DNA from: a virus | Taxonomy: Duplodnaviria; Heunggongvirae; Uroviricota; Caudoviricetes | Direction: 5' to 3' (one strand) | Virus record (IMG/VR): IMGVR_UViG_2609459852_000021 | Length of the DNA stretch: 25,763 bases | In this document: positions 1-11,448 of the stretch, in pieces | Layout of the letters: each line of letters opens with the position of its first letter | How positions within the stretch are numbered: position 1 is the stretch's first letter | The notes under the pieces: generated by a model | What the model saw: only the letters and a program-made list of their open reading frames with translations | What the model was told of the DNA's origin: nothing | Databases searched by the model: none | Made by a program: the position numbers and the translations under genes

Positions 1-426
1 TTAGTGCGGAAATATTTGTGTAGTGTTCTGAATGTTCTCAGTAAAGAGTAATGAATTATCAAAGGTATAGTAATACCTTTTGTTTTCGTGGATATTTGTA
101 ATCCATCTGAAAACCCCTGCTGTAGCAAGATTTTTCCTGTATTCGTAAAATGATAACTCTCCTGATTTGAATCCTTTTAAGGTGGCTTCTATAAGGCATT
201 TATTTTTTGAAAATCTTACATTTACAACCTTACCCTGTCCTTTTATTAAAACCGTATTATCGTTTTCAAGAACAAGATGAATATTCTCTGTGGCTAAATA
301 GTAAATGTAATGTGAGACATTGTGACGTTTTAGTTCAGAATAAAACCAGTGATAGTTTAAATTATTTCGCACTTTATCGAATATTTGTTTAAAAATGGCA
401 ACCTGAGCCATTGTAGTACCTTCCAT
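1..426 (-). CDS. hypothetical protein, DUF1398/YbcV-like (probable true start at 411, MAQVAIF...)
   Basis: Complete 141-aa ORF on minus strand with stop at 1-3; AT-rich codon usage unlike the lambda core; two AGV..W/Y-type segments recalled as typical of the DUF1398 family found next to cos in DLP12-like prophages. Family assignment is from memory, not a search. Confidence 0.5.
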   Translation of the reverse strand: MEGTTMAQVAIFKQIFDKVRNNLNYHWFYSELKRHNVSHYIYYLATENIHLVLENDNTVLIKGQGKVVNVRFSKNKCLIEATLKGFKSGELSFYEYRKNLATAGVFRWITNIHENKRYYYTFDNSLLFTENIQNTTQIFPH

Positions 427-467
427 GTGATATGAGGGGGGTAGTCTGCTCGATTATCTAAATTGCT

Positions 468-701
468 TCAATCTGGTCTAACCTGTTTTCTGAGCAATTC
501 AGTAATGTCACTCTTTTCTTTGTTTGCTTCAGGCGAAACTCTTTTTTCTGAGCACAGTCTCCGGCGGCAGGCTTCAATGACCCAGGCTGAGAAATTCCCG
601 GACCCTTTTTGAACAAGAGCGATGTTAATTTGTTCAATCATTTGGTTAGGAAAGCGGATGTTGCGGGTTGTTGTTCTGCGGGTTCTGTTCTTCGTTGACA
701 T
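468..701 (-). CDS. small basic protein, DUF3950/YlcI-like, possible ribbon-helix-helix
   Basis: 77-aa minus-strand ORF with Arg/Thr-rich N-terminus (MSTKNRTRRTTTRNIRFPNQMIEQIN...); position just upstream of cos matches ylcI-like genes in lambdoid prophages. Assignment from memory. Confidence 0.45.
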   Translation of the reverse strand: MSTKNRTRRTTTRNIRFPNQMIEQINIALVQKGSGNFSAWVIEACRRRLCSEKRVSPEANKEKSDITELLRKQVRPD

Positions 702-839
702 GAGGTTGCCCTGTATTCAGTGTCGCTGATTTGTATTGTCTGAAGTTGTTTTTACGTTAGGTTGATGCAGATCAATTAATACGATACCTGCGTCATAATT
801 GATTATTTGACGTGGTTTGATGGCCTCCACGCACGTTGT

Positions 840-1089
840 GATATGTAGATGATAATCATTATCGCTTTACGGGTCCTTTCCGGTGATCCGACAGGTTACG
901 GGGCGGCGACCTCGCGGGTTTTCGCTATTTATGAAAATTTTCCGGTTTAAGGCATTTCCGTTCTTCTTCGTCGTAACTTAATGTTTTTATTTAAAATACC
1001 CCCTGAAAAGAAAGGAAACGACAGGTGCTGAAAACGAGCTTTTGGGCCTCTGTCGTTTCCTTTCTCTGTTTTTGGCCGTGGAATGAACA
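840..1089. other. cos: cos site region (cosQ-cosN-cosB); cosN 12-nt cohesive end at 901-912
   Basis: Sequence ...CGGGTCCTTTCCGGTGATCCGACAGGTTACG followed by GGGCGGCGACCTCGCGGGTTTTCGCTATTTATGAAAATTTTCCGGTTTAAGG reproduces the lambda right end joined to the left end; cosB/IHF region lies between cosN and the Nu1 start. Confidence 0.85.
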
Positions 1090-1609
1090 ATGGAAGTCAA
1101 CAAAAAGCAGCTGGCTGACATTTTCGGTGCGAGTATCCGTACCATTCAGAACTGGCAGGAACAGGGAATGCCCGTTCTGCGAGGCGGTGGCAAGGGTAAT
1201 GAGGTGCTTTATGACTCTGCCGCCGTTATAAGATGGTATGCCGAAAGGGATGCTGAAATTGAGAACGAAAAGCTGCGCCGGGAAGTTGAAGAACTGCGGC
1301 AGGCCAGCGAGACAGATCTCCAGCCAGGGACTATTGAGTACGAACGCCATCGACTTACGCGTGCGCAGGCCGACGCACAGGAGCTGAAAAATGCCAGAGA
1401 CTCCGCTGAAGTGGTGGAAACCGCATTCTGTACTTTCGTGCTGTCGCGGATCGCAGGTGAAATTGCCAGTATTCTCGACGGGATCCCCCTGTCGGTGCAG
1501 CGGCGTTTTCCGGAACTGGAAAACCGACATGTTGATTTCCTGAAACGGGATATCATCAAAGCCATGAACAAAGCAGCCGCGCTGGATGAACTGATACCGG
1601 GGTTGCTGA

Positions 1610-1635
<26 letters not shown>
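1090..1635 (+). CDS. nu1: terminase small subunit Nu1
   Basis: 181-aa ORF MEVNKKQLADIFGASIRTIQNWQEQGMPVLRGGGKGNEVLYDSAAV..., near-identical to lambda gpNu1 as recalled; directly downstream of cosB. Confidence 0.96.
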
Positions 1636-5315
<3,680 letters not shown>

Positions 5316-5336
<21 letters not shown>

Positions 5337-6636
5337 TCTCCCGCATATTGCCAGCATGGCCTTTAATGAGCCGCTGATGCTTGACCCCGCCTATGCGCGG
5401 GTTTTCTTTTGTGCGCTTGCAGGCCAGCTTGGGATCAGCCGCCTGACGGATGCGGTGTCCGGTGACAGCCTGGTTGCCGGAGAGGTACCCGCGACGCTGG
5501 CGTTATCCGGTGATGATGACGGACCACGACAGGCCCGCAGTTATCAGGTCATGAACGGCATCGCCGTGCTGCCGGTGTCCGGCACGCTGGTCAGCCGGAC
5601 GCGGGCGCTGCAGCCGTATTCGGGAATGACCGGTTACAACGGCATTATCGCCCGTCTGCAACAGGCTGCCAGGGACCCGATGGTGGACGGCATTCTGCTC
5701 GATATGGACACGCCCGGCGGAATGGTGGCAGGGGCATTTGACTGCGCTGACATCATCGCCCGTGTGCGTGACATAAAGCCGGTATGGGCGCTGGCCAATG
5801 ACATGAACTGCAGTGCAGGGCAGTTGCTTGCCAGCGCCGCCTCCCGGCGTCTGGTCACGCAGACCGCCCGGACAGGCTCCATCGGCGTCATGATGGCTCA
5901 CAGTAATTACGGTGCTGCGCTGGAGAAACAGGGCGTGGAAATCACGCTGATTTACAGCGGCAGCCATAAGGTGGATGGCAACCCCTACAGCCATCTTCCG
6001 GATGACGTCCGGGAGACACTGCAGTCCCGGATGGATGCAACCCGCCAGATGTTTGCGCAGAAGGTGTCGGCATATACCGGCCTGTCCGTGCAGGCTGTGC
6101 TGGATACCGAGGCTGCAGTGTACAGCGGTCAGGAGGCCATTGATGCCGGACTGGCTGATGAACTTGTCAACAGCACCGATGCGATCACCGTTATGCGTGA
6201 TGCACTGGATGCACGTAAATCCCGTCTCTCAGGAGGGCGAATGACCAAAGAGACTCAATCAACAACTGTTTCAGCCACTGCTTCGCAGGCTGACGTTACT
6301 GACGTGGTGCCAGCGACGGAGGGCGAAAACGCCAGCGCGGCGCAGCCGGACGTGAACGCGCAGATCACCGCTGCGGTTGCGGCAGAAAACAGCCGCATTA
6401 TGGGGATCCTCAACTGTGAGGAGGCTCACGGACGCGAAGAACAGGCCCGCGTGCTGGCAGAAACCCCCGGTATGACCGTGGAAACGGCCCGCCGCATTCT
6501 GGCCGCAGCACCACAGAGTGCACAGGCGCGCAGTGACACTGCGCTGGATCGTCTGATGCAGGGGGCACCGGCACCGCTGGCTGCAGGTAACCCGGCATCT
6601 GATGCCGTTAACGATTTGCTGAACACACCAGTGTAA
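5316..6636 (+). CDS. C: prohead protease C (S49/ClpP-like), GTG start
   Basis: In-frame match to lambda gpC starting (V/M)TAELRNLPHIASMAF; GTG at 5316 preceded by GAGGAGGAG; the listed ORF 5182-6636 is the same frame extended upstream to an earlier ATG inside B. Confidence 0.88.
6241..6636 (+). CDS. nu3: scaffolding protein Nu3, nested in-frame within the 3' end of C
   Basis: Internal ATG at 6241 (MTKETQSTTVSATASQ...) preceded by AGGAGGG; shares frame and stop with C, as recalled for lambda Nu3. Confidence 0.7.
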   Translation: MTKETQSTTVSATASQADVTDVVPATEGENASAAQPDVNAQITAAVAAENSRIMGILNCEEAHGREEQARVLAETPGMTVETARRILAAAPQSAQARSDTALDRLMQGAPAPLAAGNPASDAVNDLLNTPV

Positions 6637-6645
6637 GGGATGTTT

Positions 6646-6978
6646 ATGACGAGCAAAGAAACCTTTACCCATTACCAGCCGCTGGGCAACAGTGACCCGG
6701 CACATACGGCAACCGCGCCCGGCGGATTGAGTGCGAAAGCGCCTGCAATGACCCCGCTGATGCTGGATACCTCCACCCGTAAGCTGGTTGCGTGGGATGG
6801 CACCACCGACGGTGCTGCCGTTGGCATTCTGGCGGTTGATGCTGACCAGATCAGCACCACGCTGACGTTCTACAAGTCCGGCACGTTCCGTTATGAGGAT
6901 GTGCTCTGGCCGGAGGCTGCCAGCGACGAGACGAAAAAACGGACCGCGTTTGCCGGAACGGCAATCAGCATCGTTTAA
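6646..6978 (+). CDS. D: head decoration protein D
   Basis: [27 protein letters not shown]... matches lambda gpD; start taken at the second ATG (6646), with AAGGGA upstream. Confidence 0.95.
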   Translation: MTSKETFTHYQPLGNSDPAHTATAPGGLSAKAPAMTPLMLDTSTRKLVAWDGTTDGAAVGILAVDADQISTTLTFYKSGTFRYEDVLWPEAASDETKKRTAFAGTAISIV

Positions 6979-6997
6979 CTTTACCATTCATCACTAA

Positions 6998-7020
6998 AGG
7001 CCGCCTGTGCGGCTTTTTTT
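6998..7020 (+). terminator. stem-loop with T-run between D and E (attenuator/terminator-like)
   Basis: AGGCCGC-CTGT-GCGGCTT stem (7 bp including one G-U) followed by TTTTTTT at 7014-7020, immediately upstream of the E start. Confidence 0.4.
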
Positions 7021-7033
7021 ACGGGATTTTTTT

Positions 7034-8059
7034 ATGTCGATGTACACAACCGCCCAGCTGCTGGCGGCAAATGAGCAGAAATTTAAGTTTGATCCGCTGT
7101 TTCTGCGTCTCTTTTTCCGTGAGAGCTATCCCTTCACTACGGAGAAAGTCTATCTCTCACAAATTCCGGGACTGGTAAACATGGCGCTGTACGTTTCGCC
7201 GATTGTTTCCGGTGAGGTTATCCGTTCCCGTGGCGGCTCCACCTCTGAATTTACGCCGGGATATGTCAAACCCAAGCATGAAGTGAATCCGCAGATGACC
7301 CTGCGTCGCCTGCCGGATGAAGATCCGCAGAATCTGGCGGACCCGGCTTACCGCCGCCGTCGCATCATCCTGCAGAACATGCGTGACGAAGAGCTGGCCA
7401 TTGCTCAGGTCGAAGAGATGCAGGCCGTTTCTGCCGTGCTCAAGGGCAAATACACCATGACCGGTGAAGCCTTCGATCCGGTTGAGGTGGATATGGGCCG
7501 CAGTGCGGCGAACAACATCACGCAGTCCGGCGGCACGGAGTGGAGCAAGCGTGACAAGTCCACGTATGACCCGACCGACGATATCGAAGCCTACGCGCTG
7601 AACGCCAGCGGCGTGGGGAATATCATCGTGTTTGATCCGAAAGGCTGGGCGCTGTTCCGTTCCTTCAAAGCCGTCAAGGAGAAGCTGGATACCCGTCGCG
7701 GCTCTCATTCCGAGCTGGAGACAGCGGTGAAAGCCCTGGGTAAAGCGGTGTCCTATAAGGGGATGTATGGCGATGTGGCCATCGTCGTGTATTCCGGACA
7801 GTACGTGGAAAACGGCGTCAAAAAGAACTTCCTGCCGGACAACACGATGGTGCTGGGTAACACTCATGCACGCGGTCTGCGCACCTATGGCTGTATTCAG
7901 GATGCGGATGCATTGAGTGAGGGTATTAATGCGTCTCCCCGTTATCCGAAAAACTGGGTGACCACCGGCGATCCGGCGCGTGAGTTCACCATGATTCAGT
8001 CAGCACCGCTGATGCTGCTGGCTGACCCTGATGAGTTCGTGTCCGTACAACTGGCGTAA
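7034..8059 (+). CDS. E: major capsid protein E
   Basis: MSMYTTAQLLAANEQKFKFDPLFLRLFFRESYPFTTEKVYL... near-identical to lambda gpE; start at ATG 7034 rather than the upstream in-frame ATG at 7007. Confidence 0.96.
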   Translation: MSMYTTAQLLAANEQKFKFDPLFLRLFFRESYPFTTEKVYLSQIPGLVNMALYVSPIVSGEVIRSRGGSTSEFTPGYVKPKHEVNPQMTLRRLPDEDPQNLADPAYRRRRIILQNMRDEELAIAQVEEMQAVSAVLKGKYTMTGEAFDPVEVDMGRSAANNITQSGGTEWSKRDKSTYDPTDDIEAYALNASGVGNIIVFDPKGWALFRSFKAVKEKLDTRRGSHSELETAVKALGKAVSYKGMYGDVAIVVYSGQYVENGVKKNFLPDNTMVLGNTHARGLRTYGCIQDADALSEGINASPRYPKNWVTTGDPAREFTMIQSAPLMLLADPDEFVSVQLA

Positions 8060-8100
8060 TCATGGCCCTTCGGGGCCATTGTTTCTCTGTGGAGGAGTCC

Positions 8101-8499
8101 ATGACGAAAGATGAACTGATTGCCCGTCTCCGCTCGCTGGGTGAACAACTGAACCGTGATATCAGCCTGACGGGGACGAAAGAAGAACTGGCGCTCCGTG
8201 TGGCAGAGCTGGAAGAGGAGCTTGATGACACGGATGAAACTGCCGGTCAGGACACCCCTCTCAGCCGGGAAAATGTGCTGACCGGACATGAAAATGAGGT
8301 GGGATCAGCGCAGCCGGATACCGTGATTCTGGATACGTCTGAACTGGTCACGGTCGTGGCACTGGTGAAGCTGCATACTGATGCACTTCACGCCACGCGG
8401 GATGAACCTGTGGCATTTGTGCTGCCGGGAACGGCGTTTCGTGTCTCTGCCGGTGTGGCAGCCGAAATGACAGAGCGCGGCCTGGCCAGAATGCAATAA
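8101..8499 (+). CDS. FI: DNA packaging/head completion protein FI
   Basis: MTKDELIARLRSLGEQLNRD... matches lambda gpFI; RBS GGAGGAG upstream of ATG 8101. Confidence 0.9.
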   Translation: MTKDELIARLRSLGEQLNRDISLTGTKEELALRVAELEEELDDTDETAGQDTPLSRENVLTGHENEVGSAQPDTVILDTSELVTVVALVKLHTDALHATRDEPVAFVLPGTAFRVSAGVAAEMTERGLARMQ

Positions 8500-8510
8500 C
8501 GGGAGGCGCT

Positions 8511-8864
8511 GTGGCTGATTTCGATAACCTGTTCGATGCTGCCATTGCCCGCGCCGATGAAACGATACGCGGGTACATGGGAACGTCAGCCACCATTACA
8601 TCCGGTGAGCAGTCCGGTGCTGTGATACGTGGTGTTTTTGATGACCCTGAAAATATCAGCTATGCCGGACAGGGCGTGCGCGTTGAAGGCTCCAGCCCGT
8701 CCCTGTTTGTCCGGACTGATGAGGTGCGGCAGCTGCGGCGTGGAGACACGCTGACCATCGGTGAGGAAAATTTCTGGGTAGATCGGGTTTCGCCGGATGA
8801 TGGCGGAAGTTGTCATCTCTGGCTTGGACGGGGCGTACCGCCTGCCGTTAACCGTCGCCGCTGA
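8511..8864 (+). CDS. FII: head-tail connector protein FII
   Basis: 117-aa ORF (GTG start) MADFDNLFDAAIARADETIRGYMG... matching lambda gpFII. Confidence 0.93.
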   Translation: MADFDNLFDAAIARADETIRGYMGTSATITSGEQSGAVIRGVFDDPENISYAGQGVRVEGSSPSLFVRTDEVRQLRRGDTLTIGEENFWVDRVSPDDGGSCHLWLGRGVPPAVNRRR

Positions 8865-8875
8865 AAGGGGGATGT

Positions 8876-9454
8876 ATGGCCATAAAAGGTCTTGAGCAGG
8901 CCGTTGAAAACCTAAGCCGTATCAGCAAAACGGCGGTGCCTGGTGCCGCCGCAATGGCCATTAACCGCGTTGCTTCATCCGCGATATCGCAGTCTGCGTC
9001 ACAGGTTGCCCGTGAGACAAAGGTACGCCGGAAACTGGTAAAGGAAAGGGCCAGGCTGAAAAGGGCCACGGTCAAAAATCCGCAGGCCAGAATCAAAGTT
9101 AACCGGGGGGATTTGCCCGTAATAAAGCTGGGTAACGCGCGGATTGTCCTGTCCCGACGCAGGCGTCGTAAAAAGGGGCAGCGTTCAGCCCTGAAAGGTG
9201 GCGGCAGCGTGCTTGTGGTGGGAAACCGTCGTATTCCCGGCGCGTTTATTCAGCAACTGAAAAATGGCCGCTGGCATGTCATGCAGCGTGTGGCCGGGAA
9301 AAACCGTTACCCCATTGATGTGGTGAAAATTCCGATGGCGGTGCCGCTGACCACGGCGTTTAAACAGAATATTGAGCGGATACGGCGTGAGCGCCTTCCG
9401 AAAGAGCTGGGCTATGCGCTGCAGCATCAACTGAGGATGGTAATAAAGCGATGA
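8876..9454 (+). CDS. Z: tail completion protein Z
   Basis: 192-aa ORF matching lambda gpZ. Confidence 0.94.
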   Translation: MAIKGLEQAVENLSRISKTAVPGAAAMAINRVASSAISQSASQVARETKVRRKLVKERARLKRATVKNPQARIKVNRGDLPVIKLGNARIVLSRRRRRKKGQRSALKGGGSVLVVGNRRIPGAFIQQLKNGRWHVMQRVAGKNRYPIDVVKIPMAVPLTTAFKQNIERIRRERLPKELGYALQHQLRMVIKR

Positions 9455-9846
9455 AACATACTGAACTCCGTGCAGCCGTACTGGATGCACTGGAGAAGCA
9501 TGACACCGGGGCGACGTTTTTTGATGGTCGCCCCGCTGTTTTTGATGAGGCGGATTTTCCGGCAGTTGCCGTTTATCTCACCGGCGCTGAATACACGGGC
9601 GAAGAGCTGGACAGCGATACCTGGCAGGCGGAGCTGCATATTGAAGTTTTCCTGCCTGCTCAGGTGCCGGATTCAGAGCTGGATTCGTGGATGGAGTCCC
9701 GGATTTATCCGGTGATGAGCGATATCCCGGCACTGTCAGATTTGATCACCAGTATGGTGGCCAGTGGCTATGACTACCGGCGCGACGATGATGCGGGCCT
9801 GTGGAGTTCAGCCGATCTGACTTATGTCATTACCTATGAAATGTGA
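9451..9846 (+). CDS. U: tail terminator protein U
   Basis: 131-aa ORF matching lambda gpU; ATGA overlap with Z. Confidence 0.95.
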   Translation: MKHTELRAAVLDALEKHDTGATFFDGRPAVFDEADFPAVAVYLTGAEYTGEELDSDTWQAELHIEVFLPAQVPDSELDSWMESRIYPVMSDIPALSDLITSMVASGYDYRRDDDAGLWSSADLTYVITYEM

Positions 9847-9853
9847 GGACGCT

Positions 9854-10594
9854 ATGCCTGTACCAAATCCAACAATGCCGGTGAAAGGGGCCGGGACCAC
9901 ACTGTGGGTTTATAAGGGGAACGGTGACCCTTATGCGAACCCGCTTTCAGACGTTGACTGGTCGCGTCTGGCTAAAGTTAAAGACCTGACGCCCGGCGAA
10001 CTGACCGCTGAGTCCTATGACGACAGCTATCTCGATGATGAGGATGCGGACTGGACTGCGACCGGGCAGGGGCAGAAATCTGCCGGAGATACCAGCTTCA
10101 CGCTGGCGTGGATGCCCGGAGAGCAGGGGCAGCAGGCGCTGCTGGCGTGGTTTAATGAAGGCGATACCCGTGCCTATAAAATCCGCTTCCCGAACGGCAC
10201 GGTCGATGTGTTCCGTGGCTGGGTCAGCAGTATCGGTAAGGCGGTGACGGCGAAGGAAGTGATCACCCGCACGGTGAAAGTCACCAATGTGGGACGTCCG
10301 TCGATGGCAGAAGATCGCAGCATGGTAACAGCGGCAACCGGCATGACCGTGACGCCTGCCAGCACCTCGGTGGTGAAAGGGCAGAGCACCACGCTGACCG
10401 TGGCCTTCCAGCCGGAGGGCGTAACCGACAAGAGCTTTCGTGCGGTGTCTGCGGATAAAACAAAAGCCACCGTGTCGGTCAGTGGTATGACCATCACTGT
10501 GAAAGGCGTCGCTGCAGGTAAGGTCAACATTCCGGTTGTATCCGGTAATGGTGAACTTGCTGCGGTTGCAGAAATCAACGTCACCGCCAGTTAA
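9854..10594 (+). CDS. V: major tail tube protein V (with C-terminal Ig-like domain)
   Basis: [22 protein letters not shown]... matches lambda gpV; start at ATG 9854 rather than the upstream in-frame ATG at 9824. Confidence 0.95.
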   Translation: MPVPNPTMPVKGAGTTLWVYKGNGDPYANPLSDVDWSRLAKVKDLTPGELTAESYDDSYLDDEDADWTATGQGQKSAGDTSFTLAWMPGEQGQQALLAWFNEGDTRAYKIRFPNGTVDVFRGWVSSIGKAVTAKEVITRTVKVTNVGRPSMAEDRSMVTAATGMTVTPASTSVVKGQSTTLTVAFQPEGVTDKSFRAVSADKTKATVSVSGMTITVKGVAAGKVNIPVVSGNGELAAVAEINVTAS

Positions 10595-10609
10595 TCCGGA
10601 GAGTCAGCG

Positions 10610-11032
10610 ATGTTCCTGAAAACCGAATCATTTGAACATAACGGTGTGACCGTCACGCTTTCTGAACTGTCAGCCCTGCAGCGTATTGAGCATCTTGCCT
10701 GGTTGAAAGAGCAGGAAAAAAAGGCTGAATCCAGTGGCAACCTGCAGGTGTCTGTAGAGGATCTTATCAGAGGCGGGGCGTTTCTGGTGGCGATGTCCCT
10801 GTGGCATAACCATCCGCAGAAGACGCAGATGCCGTCCATGAATGAAGCCATTAAACAGATTGAGCAGGAAGTGCTTACCACCTGGCCCACGGAGGCAATT
10901 TCTCAGGCTGAAAACGTGGTGTACCGGCTGTCCGGAATGTCTGAGTTTGTGGTGAATAATGCCCCTGAACAGGCAGAGGACGCCGGGCCTGCAGAGCCTG
11001 TTTCTGCGGGAAAGTGTTCGACGGTGAGCTGA
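10610..11032 (+). CDS. G: tail assembly chaperone G
   Basis: 140-aa ORF matching lambda gpG except for a short diverged internal patch. Confidence 0.93.
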   Translation: MFLKTESFEHNGVTVTLSELSALQRIEHLAWLKEQEKKAESSGNLQVSVEDLIRGGAFLVAMSLWHNHPQKTQMPSMNEAIKQIEQEVLTTWPTEAISQAENVVYRLSGMSEFVVNNAPEQAEDAGPAEPVSAGKCSTVS

Positions 11033-11448
11033 GTTTTGCCCTGAAACTGGCGCGCGAGATGGGGCGACCCGACTGGCGCGCCATGCTTGCCGGGATGTCA
11101 TCCACGGAGTATGCCGACTGGCACCGCTTTTACAGTACCCATTATTTTCATGATGTTCTGCTGGATATGCACTTTTCCGGGCTGACGTACACCGTGCTCA
11201 GCCTGTTTTTCAGCGATCCGGATATGCATCCGCTGGATTTCAGTCTGCTGAACCGGCGCGAGGCTGACGAAGAGCCTGAAGATGATGTGCTGATGCAGAA
11301 AGCGGCAGGGCTTGCCGGAGGTGTCCGCTTTGGCCCGGACGGGAATGAAGTTATCCCTACTTCCCCGGATGTGGCGGACATGACGGAGGATGACGTAATG
11401 CTGATGACAGTATCAGAAGGGATCGCAGGAGGAGTCCGGTATGGCTGA
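10610..11448 (+). CDS. T: tail assembly chaperone G-T fusion (made by -1 frameshift at 11008-11014)
   Basis: The -1 frame downstream of the slippery site encodes ...FDGELSFALKLAREMGRPDWRAMLAGMSSTEYADW..., matching lambda gpT; it has no independent start with an RBS. Confidence 0.85.
11008..11014 (+). other. programmed -1 ribosomal frameshift slippery heptamer G GGA AAG (G to G-T)
   Basis: GGGAAAG lies in the G zero frame as G.GGA.AAG seven codons before the G stop; the -1 frame continues open to 11448. Confidence 0.85.

Noticed and set aside
207-392. 61-aa + strand ORF
   Set aside because: Completely contained within the minus-strand 141-aa gene; no RBS; likely spurious.
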